Position numbers and translations under genes: made by a program. From the NCBI GenBank assembly GCA_965197645.1, contig OZ240219.1, positions 2,080,001 through 2,144,000 on the forward strand: 64,000 nucleotides of DNA. The letters are read 5' to 3'. Shown here piece by piece: positions 39,399-49,707 of the stretch. The notes beneath the pieces were generated by a model. It was not told the origin of the DNA and did not search any database. It saw nothing but the letters and a program-made list of their open reading frames with translations. Position 1 is the first letter of the stretch; each line of letters begins with the position of its first letter. Source of the stretch: Dehalococcoidia bacterium. Lineage in GTDB: Bacteria; Chloroflexota; Dehalococcoidia; Plut-88900.

Positions 39399-40199
39399 AT
39401 GGACGTTACGGATCGAATTGCCGTTGTGACCGGGGGAGGCAGGGGCATTGGGCGGGGAATAGCTCTGGTGCTGGCGCAGAACGGCGCCGACGTAGCGGTT
39501 GCCGACATCGAGTTGGAGAACGCCGAGGCGGTGGCAGAAGAGGTGAACGCCCTGGGACGAAAGTCTAAGGGCCTGTTTCTCGACGTGACCAACCAGCAGT
39601 CCAGTGAGAAGCTGATGGAAGACGTGCTGACGGAGTTCGGTCGCATCGATATCCTGGTGAACAATGCCGGAATCATCGCCGCCCACGGCTGGGAGGCGCG
39701 AAGGCGGGATGACGACGATGACTGGGACCGCATATACGAGGTCAACGTCAGGGGTATAGCCCGCATGTCGGACCTGGTATCCGGTCTTATGAAGGAGCAG
39801 GGGTACGGGAAGATAGTCAACATCGCGTCTACGGCGGCGAGACAGGGGGGCGCCGGAATGGGGGCCTACTGCTCATCCAAGGCGGCGGTGGTCAGCATCA
39901 CCCAGTCCTTCGCCCTGGAGCTGGCTCCATACAATATCAACGTGAACACCGTCTGCCCCGGCCTGCTGTGGACGCCTATGTGGGAACGGATAGCCAATAG
40001 ACGGGCTTCCTTGCTGGACAACCCGGAGAACAAATCGCCCAGGCAACTGTTCGACGACTACGTGGAGCAGAGCACGCCGCTGCAAAGGGAGCAGACGCCG
40101 GAGGACATCGGCAACGCGGTGGCATTTTTCTGCTCCGATGTCTCAAAGAACATCACGGGACAGGCCCTCAACGTGTGCGGCGGATCCTATATGAACTAG
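39399..40199 (+). CDS. Short-chain dehydrogenase/reductase
   Basis: TGGGRGIG, NNAG, YCSSK. Confidence 0.9.
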   Translation: MDVTDRIAVVTGGGRGIGRGIALVLAQNGADVAVADIELENAEAVAEEVNALGRKSKGLFLDVTNQQSSEKLMEDVLTEFGRIDILVNNAGIIAAHGWEARRRDDDDDWDRIYEVNVRGIARMSDLVSGLMKEQGYGKIVNIASTAARQGGAGMGAYCSSKAAVVSITQSFALELAPYNINVNTVCPGLLWTPMWERIANRRASLLDNPENKSPRQLFDDYVEQSTPLQREQTPEDIGNAVAFFCSDVSKNITGQALNVCGGSYMN

Positions 40200-40236
40200 A
40201 CGGGTCTAAAGGGTATATAGCCGAAGGAGGTGGAAC

Positions 40237-40782
40237 GTGAAGTTCAACGAGTACATCAGCCAGCTTCTGGACATGAACTGGGGAATGGTGGAGATGGCGA
40301 TGGACGGCCTTACCCCCGAGGAGCTTTCCAAAATGCCGACGGATGACTCCAACTCCATAGCCTGGTTGATGTGGCATACGGCCCGGGACGAGGACTACCT
40401 GATCAGCTTGGCTGAGGAGCGGCCTCAGCTCTGGGTCAGTGAAGGATGGCACGACAAGTTCGGGATCGAGCCGGGCACCGTCGACGGCCACGATTTCAAG
40501 GACATCGGTGTGGGATCGACAGCCAAAGAGGTGGCTTCATTCAAGACACCGGATGCCGGCGTAATCATCGGATACTACCTGGCGGCCAGAGAGGCCACCA
40601 AGAAGTACCTCGAAAACGTTTCACCGGAGGACCTGGACAGGGAGATGCCGGACCCGTGGAGCAACGGGGGCAAGACGACCCTGGTGACCTACATCAACTG
40701 CATCGTCGATGAGGCGCTGGCCCACGGCGGCCAGGTGGCCATGCTCAGAGGTCTGCACCGGGGAATGGGCTGGTTCGGATAG
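40237..40782 (+). CDS. DinB/YfiT-like (DUF664) protein
   Basis: NSIAWLMWH..ED, HGGQVAMLRG. Confidence 0.8.
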   Translation: MKFNEYISQLLDMNWGMVEMAMDGLTPEELSKMPTDDSNSIAWLMWHTARDEDYLISLAEERPQLWVSEGWHDKFGIEPGTVDGHDFKDIGVGSTAKEVASFKTPDAGVIIGYYLAAREATKKYLENVSPEDLDREMPDPWSNGGKTTLVTYINCIVDEALAHGGQVAMLRGLHRGMGWFG

Positions 40783-40809
40783 ACCTGAACAGTCGGAAAC
40801 GCACGTCCC

Positions 40810-42366
40810 ATGTTTGATACCGTCATTTCTGGAGGGATGGTCATCGATGGTACCGGCCGTACCTGGTACAAAGCCGACATCGGTATCCAGGGGGACAGCC
40901 TGACCATCCTACGGGGCGACACGACGGGCGTCGAGGCGGGAAGAGTGATCGATGCCCAGGGCTGCGCCGTCTGCCCCGGCTTCATCGATATGCACTCCCA
41001 TTCGGACCTGTCCATGTTGACCAATCCCAGGCACGGGGCCAAGGTCTCCCAGGGTGTCACCACCGAGGCGCTGGGACAGGATGGCCTCTCCTACGCACCA
41101 ACCTCTCCCCGAAACCTGGAGGACCTGCTGCTCTACCTGGCGGCTGTGAACGGAATGCCGCCTCCGGAGGTTCGGTGGGGTTCGGTAAGCGAGTTCCTGG
41201 CGCTGTTCGATAATCGGGCCGCGTGCAACGTGGTCTACTTCGTTCCCCACGCCGCGATCCGAGTCGAGGCTATGGGTTGGGAAGACCGGCTCCCCACTTC
41301 CGACGAGACCAAGCACATGCAGAGGCTGGTGGAGGAGGGGATGCGCGATGGCGCGTTCGGTTTCTCCACGGGACTGACCTATGTGCCCGGGGCCTACAGC
41401 GACACCGGTGAAGTCGTCGAGATATGCAAGGCGCTGAGATCCTCGGGTGGGCTGTACGTGACCCACTGCCGCTACTTCCTGGGAGACGGCCTGCTCGATC
41501 CCTTCAAGGAGGCGATAACCATAGGGGAATTGGCCGAGGTGCCGGTCCAGATCTCCCACTACCACAGCCCTTTGGACGGGATGGGCAAGAAGATGGTGGA
41601 CCTGATTGACGAGGGACGAGACCGGGGGGTGGACGTCACCTTCGACCAGTATCCCTACCCCGCTGCCAGCACTCTTCTTCTATCCATGATTCCCTACTGG
41701 GTTCACGCCGGCGGGCCTGGCATGCTCCTGGCGCGGATCGCCACCGAGGAGGTGCGAGACCGGCTAAAGAGCGCTTTCGAGCCCCAATGGGGAGGCGATA
41801 TGGCCGACTACGTCTTCAGCCACATCGGCTCAGACAAGAACAAGGAGTGGGAGGGAAGATCGCTGGAGGACATGGCCAGAGCCTGGGACAAGAGCGTGGT
41901 GGACACGGTCTGCGACCTGCTCATCGAGGAGAACCTGGAGGTGGCCTTCGTGGCGAGGACTGGCAATCCGGACAACATCCGCACCATCCTGGGCCACCCC
42001 GCTCAGATGGTCGGCAGCGACGGGCTGCTCACCGGCGAAAGGCCCAACCCTCGCAGCTACGGCACCTTTCCCTTCGTTCTGGGCCAGCTGGTGCGGGAAG
42101 AGAACGTGGTCCGGCTGGAGGATGCCGTCAGCAAGATGACTTCGATACCGGCCCAGCGGCTCGGCCTGAAGGACAGGGGCATTCTGCGGGACGGGATGAA
42201 GGCAGACGTGGTGGTCTTCAACCCGGATACCGTTCGGGCTACGGCCACTTTCGAAGACCCCAAACAGCTGCCGGTAGGCATCGACTACGTGCTGGTCAAC
42301 GGCCAGCTGGTAATCGACAACGGTAGGCACACCGGGGCCCTGCCCGGACACGCCCTGCGTCACTAG
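40810..42366 (+). CDS. N-acyl-D-amino-acid deacylase family amidohydrolase
   Basis: PGFIDMHSHSD, QGVTTE, GFSTGLTYVPG, PRSYGTF, ADVVVFNP. Confidence 0.9.
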   Translation: MFDTVISGGMVIDGTGRTWYKADIGIQGDSLTILRGDTTGVEAGRVIDAQGCAVCPGFIDMHSHSDLSMLTNPRHGAKVSQGVTTEALGQDGLSYAPTSPRNLEDLLLYLAAVNGMPPPEVRWGSVSEFLALFDNRAACNVVYFVPHAAIRVEAMGWEDRLPTSDETKHMQRLVEEGMRDGAFGFSTGLTYVPGAYSDTGEVVEICKALRSSGGLYVTHCRYFLGDGLLDPFKEAITIGELAEVPVQISHYHSPLDGMGKKMVDLIDEGRDRGVDVTFDQYPYPAASTLLLSMIPYWVHAGGPGMLLARIATEEVRDRLKSAFEPQWGGDMADYVFSHIGSDKNKEWEGRSLEDMARAWDKSVVDTVCDLLIEENLEVAFVARTGNPDNIRTILGHPAQMVGSDGLLTGERPNPRSYGTFPFVLGQLVREENVVRLEDAVSKMTSIPAQRLGLKDRGILRDGMKADVVVFNPDTVRATATFEDPKQLPVGIDYVLVNGQLVIDNGRHTGALPGHALRH

Positions 42367-42369
42367 TCC

Positions 42370-43548
42370 CTAGCTTGCCGCTGTCTTCGCGGTCTTGAAG
42401 GCCGGCATCACCTCTTTGGCAAACCGCTCTATCTGCTCCAGGATGACGGCGCGGGGGGTGGAGATCAGGGGTTGGATGTTGATCTCCCGCAGGCCGGGAT
42501 AGATGTCCTGGAGAAGCATCAGGGGTTCGATTATCTCCTCGGGGGTGCCGCAGAGGAAGTTGCCCGAGGCCACATCTTCTTCGATGGTGGGCAGGGCGGC
42601 GATCAGCTCTTCGCTGGGATTGTTGAGCTCCTCTTTCTGGTCCTCTGTGAGGCCGGCAACAAATCCCAACGGCCCGAACATCTTGGTGTTCTCCTCGAAG
42701 TAGGGCCGGGCTTCTTCTATCGCCTTCTCTCGACTCTCGGCGATGTGGAACTTCTCGCCGACGATCATGTCCTCGCCCAGGTCCTTTTCGATTCCTGCTC
42801 GAGCGTGGGCATCGCGCCAGGCCTCGACCACCCTTCGGGACGCTCCGCCGGGCGCCGCTCCTCCACCGGAGATGGCTTTGATGCCGTGCTTTACCATGAA
42901 GTCCAAGCCGCGCACGCTGGAGCTGACGATGGGCTGCCAGCACTCCACCGGAAGGTTCTTGGGGCGGGGCACCAGGGTGATCTCCTCCAGCTCGTAGCCC
43001 CGGTAAGGGACCTTGGGCGGGATGTCGTAGTACTTACCGTGGTGGGAGAAGGAGTAATTGTTGAAGGCCTTGAACATGACCTCCGCCTGCTCCTCGAACA
43101 GGTCCCGGTTGGCCTCTTTGTCCAGCATGGGCGCACCGAAGGACTCGACCTCCCGGGTGTGATACCCACGCCCAAGGCCGAAGATGATTCGTCCATCGGT
43201 CAGACGGTCGGCGAGGGCGTAGTCCTCGGCCAGTCTCAGGGGGTGCCACATGGGCCCGACGTTGAAGGCGCAGCCGAACTTGATGTTCTCGGTGAGATGG
43301 GCCAGGTGCACATACTGCATCAGCAGGTTGGGCAGGCACTCGTACCCCTCTCGCTGGAAGTGGTGCTCTGCGAGCCAGAGGGTGTGATAGCCGAGTTTGT
43401 CGGCGGCTACGGCAAGGTCCTCGGTAATGTCCAGCGCCGATGCCAGGTGCTCGTCGGAGAGGTACCGGTCGTTTACCGCCGTTGCACTGTAACCCATATC
43501 GTCGATATCGACGTGGCCGGCGTACAGAATGCTGAATCGCTCGATCAT
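42370..43548 (-). CDS. LLM flavin-dependent monooxygenase
   Basis: WLAEHHFQREG, WHPLRLAED, GLGRGYHTRE. Confidence 0.9.
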   Translation of the reverse strand: MIERFSILYAGHVDIDDMGYSATAVNDRYLSDEHLASALDITEDLAVAADKLGYHTLWLAEHHFQREGYECLPNLLMQYVHLAHLTENIKFGCAFNVGPMWHPLRLAEDYALADRLTDGRIIFGLGRGYHTREVESFGAPMLDKEANRDLFEEQAEVMFKAFNNYSFSHHGKYYDIPPKVPYRGYELEEITLVPRPKNLPVECWQPIVSSSVRGLDFMVKHGIKAISGGGAAPGGASRRVVEAWRDAHARAGIEKDLGEDMIVGEKFHIAESREKAIEEARPYFEENTKMFGPLGFVAGLTEDQKEELNNPSEELIAALPTIEEDVASGNFLCGTPEEIIEPLMLLQDIYPGLREINIQPLISTPRAVILEQIERFAKEVMPAFKTAKTAAS

Positions 43549-43774
43549 ACCCTTCCTCCTTGTCGCTCGCTTCGGAACGACCCGCTATATACGTGAACTG
43601 GTGTGCAGAAACTGCTGATCGGGGATGCGCCGATTATATCACACCTATCTGTTGCTGTTGATTGGGACATTCCCGCAAATCCAGTCTAGAGCCCTCACGT
43701 CCGCAAGCAGTCGGGAGAAAGATAATGAAAACGAACAATACGGACAGTGTGAGCGGTGAGAGTGCCCCTCTGAT

Positions 43775-44602
43775 TCATACAGTGGAATTCTTTGCTTCTT
43801 CGGTCATCTCGTACTGTACAGGCTTCTTTCCTGGATTTCGGATATTCACTCCCAGGCATTCAAGGACCGGCCAGATGTTGCTCTTGAACTCGATGCCAAA
43901 CGCGGCTCCTCCGGCCTTGGCTATAGGATGATTGGGCCACTTCTCCTTAATCACGAGTTGACAGTCAGTGCTCTTGAATGGGCCGACCGGGATGTTGCTT
44001 ACAACCTCACTTGCCATTTCCATCCAAAGGGTATCGGAAGATTTCGACGTCCGGGCTTTCTGGGTGTCGCCGGGAGCGATAGAGATCACATGCAGTTGGT
44101 CTGGTGGGAAGAACTGCTTGATCGTGCTTGATAACGAGCCTTCCCGGTCAGTCACTACCCATAAGAATGGCACCTTGCCATCGATTAAAGGAATGTTCGA
44201 ATCGTCGCGAATGGCGGTGTATAGCGAGATGAAATCACTGTCGTCGCTGAGTATCGCCACGTGGGCAACTCTCCCGAGAATCAGGTCAGCCATTGCTTTA
44301 GTGGCGAGGGCTAGGTCCGCCGAATTTTTGGTCGAAGTCATGCTGAAGTGCTGGGTGCCCTTGACCACTACGTCTAGATCGTTGAATATGCTAGCGGTCC
44401 ACAGACGCCACAATTCCACTTGGTCGGCTCGCACATAAAGAGTTAGGCGCGACGGGGCCGGGGCCTTGTCCGGCCAGTTATCCAGCAAACTCCGAATCGC
44501 GGTTTGACCGCTGGAAAGAAGATTCTCTACATCCACGTAAAGACCGGAACCTCGGCTGGATTCGTTCTGGCACTCATCCGCGGGGCTGCCTAAATCATCC
44601 AA
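43775..44602 (-). CDS. NYN (LabA/DUF88 PIN-like) domain protein with extra C-terminal domain
   Basis: YVDVENL, KNSADLAL, LSDDSDF acidic motifs; AT-richer than flanks. Confidence 0.75.
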   Translation of the reverse strand: MDDLGSPADECQNESSRGSGLYVDVENLLSSGQTAIRSLLDNWPDKAPAPSRLTLYVRADQVELWRLWTASIFNDLDVVVKGTQHFSMTSTKNSADLALATKAMADLILGRVAHVAILSDDSDFISLYTAIRDDSNIPLIDGKVPFLWVVTDREGSLSSTIKQFFPPDQLHVISIAPGDTQKARTSKSSDTLWMEMASEVVSNIPVGPFKSTDCQLVIKEKWPNHPIAKAGGAAFGIEFKSNIWPVLECLGVNIRNPGKKPVQYEMTEEAKNSTV

Positions 44603-44855
44603 TCATTCGCTCCATGTCCGCAGTGACCACATTCACTCACAGAAGGTCCCGAAGTCCGAATGCATAGTTGGGTCTCCGAAGCTGCTTCGGATTCTTCGTT
44701 TCAATTTGACAAACAGATTTCCTGATGTCCCGAAATTGCCGGTCTATCCGCTTAGATTTTTGCAGGTGTCTGGCCAGGTACTAAGTTACGACTGGGCCGG
44801 CCACGTTCCAACGACCACCAGCTCTTATGGGGGGGTATAGGAGCCAGCCTAACCT

Positions 44856-45956
44856 CTAGCTTGTGGGAAAACCGTAAAGGTTGGCGGAGTTTTCGTAGAG
44901 TATCTTCCGGGTGGTGTCCTCGGGGACGCCTTGGAAGATCCTCTCGGCAACCTCATGGGAGTGGGGGAAGGTGCCCTCGTCGTGGGGGTAGTCGCTGCCC
45001 CAGAGGAGGGTCCCATCGCCGGTGATGTCCAGCATTCTCAGGGCGGGTGGGTCGTCGCTAAAGGTGACGTGACCCTGGCGTTTGAAGTACTCGCTGGGGC
45101 TCATCTCCAGCTGGGGTCGCACCCACATATGCTTCTTCCCGGCCTGCTCGTCCAACGCATAGAGGACCCAGGCGAGCCAACCGGCGCCGCTTTCCACCAC
45201 CGTGAAGTTCAGGCCGGGATGCCGCTCCAGTATTCCGGAGCTGATGAGCATGCAGACCGGGCTCTGTCCCTGGGCCATCCCCAGCACCATATAGGACAGG
45301 AAGGCGCCGATGCTCTCCTCGCCCATGTTGTCGGGGTAGATGTCCTCGCTGCCCGTTAGGGTATGGAGACTGAGGACCAGCCCGGCGTCTTCCACGGCGG
45401 ACCAGAGAGGCTCGTACATGGGGAGGATGTAGGGTTGTTCGTTCACGGCTACGGGTATGCTGATGACCCGATAGCCCATCTTGTGGACTCTGTGCACCTC
45501 GTCCACCGCGGCGGGGACGTCGGCAACGGGGACGAGAGCCGCAGGCGCGAACCGGTCCGGCTGGGGCCCAAACAGCTCGTTCATCCAGTCGTTGTACGCC
45601 TTGGCCACGGCCATCTGGTACTCCGCATCAGGGGAGGAGAACAGGGAGAGGCCCTGGTTGGGGTAGATGACCTCGCCCCGTACACCGTCTCTCTCCTGGT
45701 CCGACAGCCTGAACGATAGGTCCCGGCCCCCGGACTCGTCACGGCGGAATTCCCGGTTCATGTCGTCTTCGGTGGTCCTGGACGAAGCGAGATCGAGTCG
45801 CCGGTCTTTCTTGCCCTCTCGGACCAGGTAGGTGGCGCCGTTGCGATCCTCCACGCGGGGAGTCCGGTGGCGGTACTCGGCCGGTACGCGCTCTTTGTAC
45901 AGGGAGTCCGGTTCCTGGACGTGAGAATCGGCCGAGATGAACTTGTAGCTCTCCAT
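44856..45956 (-). CDS. Amidohydrolase family protein (Amidohydro_2)
   Basis: SADSHVQEP, EVIYPN, AYNDW, WGSDYPHDEGTFP. Confidence 0.9.
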   Translation of the reverse strand: MESYKFISADSHVQEPDSLYKERVPAEYRHRTPRVEDRNGATYLVREGKKDRRLDLASSRTTEDDMNREFRRDESGGRDLSFRLSDQERDGVRGEVIYPNQGLSLFSSPDAEYQMAVAKAYNDWMNELFGPQPDRFAPAALVPVADVPAAVDEVHRVHKMGYRVISIPVAVNEQPYILPMYEPLWSAVEDAGLVLSLHTLTGSEDIYPDNMGEESIGAFLSYMVLGMAQGQSPVCMLISSGILERHPGLNFTVVESGAGWLAWVLYALDEQAGKKHMWVRPQLEMSPSEYFKRQGHVTFSDDPPALRMLDITGDGTLLWGSDYPHDEGTFPHSHEVAERIFQGVPEDTTRKILYENSANLYGFPTS

Positions 45957-46041
45957 GTTCCGTTTCCCTCCTAGTGGTGGATGGTCCCAGTTTCTTGCCT
46001 GTGCGTCTTCAAGCCGGGATGACGTTTTAGCCTGGTGGGAT

Positions 46042-46830
46042 CTATGCAGCGACCAGTCGTAGATCGACCCGGCCGAGGCTCCCGAAATCGGCCACTACCT
46101 CATCGCCCGGGGCGACGGGTATGAGGCCCGTACAGGTGCCCGTAGTGATGACCTCGCCGGCGCTGATGGCCAGGCCGAGACGCGACAGATGGTTGGCTGT
46201 CCACTCCAGGACGGAGAGAGGGCCGTCCAGCACATTGGCGCCGGCGCCCTCAGCCTCGACCTTGCCGTTCTTGGCAAGACTTACCGGATGAGACAGGAGG
46301 TCCAGTTGCTTCCAGTTGGCGGTCTCCGGTCCGGAGACGAAGCCGATGTGGGCCACCAGGTCGGCCACCGTTTGTATCATGCCGAGCGCGCCAAAACCGC
46401 CTTCGAACCGGCATCCCACGATCTCGATCGCCGTTATGAGTACGTCGACCGCGTCCAGGACCTCCTCGTAACCGTACGGTTCGGATCGAGAGGGCAGTCC
46501 CCGGGCGAAACGGAAGGCGAACTCGCACTCCACGTTGGCGCCATGTTCGGGGAAGACGGGCACTTCGGCGGGAGACTCGAAGCAGAAGGGCACGAACATG
46601 GGAGCGGTGGCCGGTTCATCGGTATCATTTATCAGAATCGCCTTGTTGGTCATCCCCACCTTCCAGCCGGCGCGAGGTATGCCTGCCAGGGCCTCTATCT
46701 CGGGGTGGACCCCGTAGGCCTTCTCCATAGAATCTATACCATCGGCCGCAGTGGGCGTGACGGTACCGCCCCCGGTGAAGGCGCTCCAGACCTGGGCGGC
46801 GAGATCTTTCTGTATTTGTTCTATGGACAC
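46042..46830 (-). CDS. 2-keto-4-pentenoate hydratase-like (FAH family) protein
   Basis: GWKVGMT, VECEFAF, AIEIV, GEVITTGT, ADFGSLG. Confidence 0.8.
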   Translation of the reverse strand: MSIEQIQKDLAAQVWSAFTGGGTVTPTAADGIDSMEKAYGVHPEIEALAGIPRAGWKVGMTNKAILINDTDEPATAPMFVPFCFESPAEVPVFPEHGANVECEFAFRFARGLPSRSEPYGYEEVLDAVDVLITAIEIVGCRFEGGFGALGMIQTVADLVAHIGFVSGPETANWKQLDLLSHPVSLAKNGKVEAEGAGANVLDGPLSVLEWTANHLSRLGLAISAGEVITTGTCTGLIPVAPGDEVVADFGSLGRVDLRLVAA

Positions 46831-46895
46831 TGATTCACTCTCCCGTTCCAGATCATTCTACTGAACCCGTTGCCCCTTTCCCATATCCCACCGGC

Positions 46896-48344
46896 TTACT
46901 GTTCCAACATCGGAGGACGGCGATGGGCCCAGGGCCGTGCTTCCTCCAGCTGGGCAGCCAGCCGGAAGAGAGTGGCCTCGTCGCCAAACCTGCCTGCAAA
47001 ATGGACTCCTATGGGCAGCCCTTTCGAGTTCCAGATCAGGGGAATGGACATTCCAGGCTGGCCCGTCGCGTTGCACAGACCGGTGAAGGGAGAGAACTCT
47101 CCCAGGGGCACTAGGTAGCCTGCCGGATTGTCGGTCGGCGTACCGACGATGGATCCCAGATGTACCGGAGGTTTGGCCATAGTGGGTGTCAGCCAGGCAT
47201 CGTAGTCCACCATGAACCGGCCCATGTCCCGGGTGAACTGCTGCAGGGTATGCAGTCCCCTCAGGTAGTCGGCGCCACTGACCTCATCCCTATTCCGCTC
47301 GTAGATCTGCCACGTGGCGGGCTCGAACCCTTCAGCCGTTGGAGTCCGACCGGTCACTTTGGCTAGGGTATCGATGACCCAGCCGGTGTATCCGGTCCAC
47401 TGGCTGAGGAATGCTTGGCTGTACGCATCCGGGTCTACGGAGACATCCGGGACGGTCTCCTCCACTTCGTGGCCAAGCTGAGAACAGAGAGCGGCTACGT
47501 CTCGGACGGCTGCGACACAGTCGGGGTCTACGGGGACTCCGGTATAGGCCTCGGTGCTGAAGGCTATTCGGAGACGGCCCGGTTCGGCGCCAACCTCCTG
47601 AGCGTAGGGCCGTTCCGGGGGTGGGGCGGCATACGGGTCGCCGACCTCAGGGCCCGATAGGGAATCCAGCATCGTGGCACTATCCCTCACCGAACGGGTG
47701 ACCACGTGCTCGCATATCAGTCCCGTGATCACGTCGCCGTAGTCCGGGCCCAGGGGATTGCGAGCGCGGGTGGGCTTCAGGCCGAACACCCCGCAACAGG
47801 ACGCAGGTATCCTGATCGAGCCGCCTCCGTCGTTGGCGTGGGCCATGGCCACCTGTCCCGTGATCACCGCTGCCGCCGAGCCTCCACTGGACCCGCCCGT
47901 CGTGCGACCCAGGTCCCAGGGGTTCCGTGTCGGCCCGAAGAGGGTCGGCTCGGTCGTCACCGTGAGACCGAACTCGGGGGTGTTGGTCTTGCCCAAAGTA
48001 ATCAGGCCGGAGCGCTTGAACCGAGCCACCAGCTCGCTGTCGTGGTCGGGCACGAAATCCTTGAGGAAGGCGCAGCCGTTGGTCAAGGGCGCTCCGGCGT
48101 AGGCGGCCAGCAGGTCCTTCAACAGGAAGGGGACGCCGGTAAAGGGGCCATCGGGGATATCGCCTTCGGCGGTTTCCCGCGCATCTTCGTACAGCTTGTA
48201 GATTACGGCGTTGAGGGTAGGGTTGAGGTCTTCGATGCGTTGAATCGCCCCTTCGACCAGTTCAATGGGCTTTACCTCTTTGTTCCTGACAAGCTCGGCC
48301 TGGGCCGTGGCATCCATGAAAGCAACGTAATCGAGATTAGCCAT
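46896..48344 (-). CDS. Amidase signature family enzyme
   Basis: [37 protein letters not shown]. Confidence 0.9.
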   Translation of the reverse strand: MANLDYVAFMDATAQAELVRNKEVKPIELVEGAIQRIEDLNPTLNAVIYKLYEDARETAEGDIPDGPFTGVPFLLKDLLAAYAGAPLTNGCAFLKDFVPDHDSELVARFKRSGLITLGKTNTPEFGLTVTTEPTLFGPTRNPWDLGRTTGGSSGGSAAAVITGQVAMAHANDGGGSIRIPASCCGVFGLKPTRARNPLGPDYGDVITGLICEHVVTRSVRDSATMLDSLSGPEVGDPYAAPPPERPYAQEVGAEPGRLRIAFSTEAYTGVPVDPDCVAAVRDVAALCSQLGHEVEETVPDVSVDPDAYSQAFLSQWTGYTGWVIDTLAKVTGRTPTAEGFEPATWQIYERNRDEVSGADYLRGLHTLQQFTRDMGRFMVDYDAWLTPTMAKPPVHLGSIVGTPTDNPAGYLVPLGEFSPFTGLCNATGQPGMSIPLIWNSKGLPIGVHFAGRFGDEATLFRLAAQLEEARPWAHRRPPMLEQ

Positions 48345-48489
48345 GTCGACACCTCCTACGACGAAGAGTTGATGAGCACTGACAGAATACCAGTAAAGCC
48401 CTCGAAAACCAAAGTTAGTGCAAAAGTAGTGAAGGCACTGAAGAGTGACACGATGCCCTTGACTGAGGATTGGCAGGCTGATGAAGTAT

Positions 48490-48621
48490 GGGGTGTGCAG
48501 AGGGGCGAAGCCCCTTTGCCGGAAGTCTGAGGGTGTCCCTCAGAAACCGTCTCTTTTTATGCCCCCTTCTTGGCCAGGAAGGGGGGCCAGGGGGATGGTC
48601 GAAAGGGTTTTTCAACAGCCC
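48490..48621 (+). repeat. Repeat unit A, insert-free form
   Basis: GGGGTGTGCAGAGGGGCGAAGCCCCTTTGCCGGAAGTCTGAGGGTGTCCCTCAG..CCCCCTTCTTGGCCAGGAAGGGGGCCAGGGGGATGGTCGAAAGGG. Confidence 0.85.
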
Positions 48622-48684
48622 ATTACGTCAAAGGCACGATCAGCCGGCCAGTCCTGGGCGACTAGACAAAGAGAATCGTACCCT

Positions 48685-49155
48685 CTAGCCCGGTGTGGAC
48701 GACGCCGGCTCCGCCAGAGTGTGGGGGTACGTGCCGCCGAACAGGTCTCCCTCGGTGGGCCAGCGGTCTTTGGGCAGCTCGTTGAAGGCCTCGATCACGT
48801 TCCCATCGGGATCGAAGAAATAGACGCCGAGGGAGATTCCGTGATCGTCCACCCCAGCGATCTTTACGTCCCTTTGTTTCAGGTCGAGGTACAGCTCCTG
48901 CAGCTCCTCGAAGGACTCCAACTCCCAGGCGTAGTGGTTGAGCCCGACCCGGTTCTCCTCTGGGCCCGGTGCGTCTGGGCCGACGGATATGAGGGCCAGC
49001 TCGTGGGACGAGTCATCACCCGCGCTCATGAATATGACCTCGTTGGGCCATACGTTGGTGACGTGAAGACCCATGACCTCCTCGTAGAACTTGACGGATG
49101 TATCGAGGTCGCGAACCGAAAGCACCAGGTGTCCGAGTCTTTTGGGCTTGACCAT
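48685..49155 (-). CDS. VOC family protein (single-domain, extradiol dioxygenase-like)
   Basis: LGHLVL, HELAL, NHYAW, DHG..YFFDPDGNVIE. Confidence 0.8.
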   Translation of the reverse strand: MVKPKRLGHLVLSVRDLDTSVKFYEEVMGLHVTNVWPNEVIFMSAGDDSSHELALISVGPDAPGPEENRVGLNHYAWELESFEELQELYLDLKQRDVKIAGVDDHGISLGVYFFDPDGNVIEAFNELPKDRWPTEGDLFGGTYPHTLAEPASSTPG

Positions 49156-49200
49156 AGAATCCTCCGTCGCCTGCTTCGAGCAGGCCCTTGTTAGCTTCTC

Positions 49201-49707
49201 CTACAGAAAGATGCTGATGTTCCTGGCGTCAAGTATCGTCTGGTCCAGAATGATGGTCCTTCGGGCGATCTTCAGCTGGCCATCGACCCGCCTGAGAGTG
49301 TCATGCCGGGTGCCGACGTAGATGTCCGTGTCAGTGTCCATGCGGGTCCTGTAGACCAGGAAGTTGCAATGGACGTCAAACTCGGAGCTTCCATTGGCCC
49401 CTTTTATCCGGATGTTGGAGACCAGGTGTCGCGTTCTGGAGGGTGGAGTCTCGGCCCAAGCGGTCCCGGTATCCAACCGATTGACGCGCATGCGCAGCGT
49501 TTCCTTGGTGTCCTCGAAAAAGCCCGTTTCGCCAGGCTTGGACAGCTCTTCGGCCACCTCTCTGCTTATCAGAGTCTCTCGCACCGGCATCCAGTAGTGT
49601 AGGTCGTCGGTGAACAGGTCGAGCCACTGGTGAAACCGTCGTTCATCCAGAAGCTCCGCCTCCTCGTACAGGAGGTCTTCGACCTCACTGCGCAGGTCAT
49701 CCGACAT
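49201..49707 (-). CDS. Aromatic ring-hydroxylating dioxygenase beta subunit
   Basis: [39 protein letters not shown]. Confidence 0.9.
   Translation of the reverse strand: MSDDLRSEVEDLLYEEAELLDERRFHQWLDLFTDDLHYWMPVRETLISREVAEELSKPGETGFFEDTKETLRMRVNRLDTGTAWAETPPSRTRHLVSNIRIKGANGSSEFDVHCNFLVYRTRMDTDTDIYVGTRHDTLRRVDGQLKIARRTIILDQTILDARNISIFL

Noticed and set aside
44634-44780. Short minus-strand frame (YLARHLQKSKRIDRQF..) upstream of the NYN gene as a partner gene
   Set aside because: No convincing start or SD and no recognisable motif; at most a remnant
48481-49194. ORFs with recurring peptides such as CRGAKPLCRKSE / EGRSPFAGSLR (also near 11364, 11818, 37725, 59903)
   Set aside because: They are translations of the palindromic repeat, not a protein family
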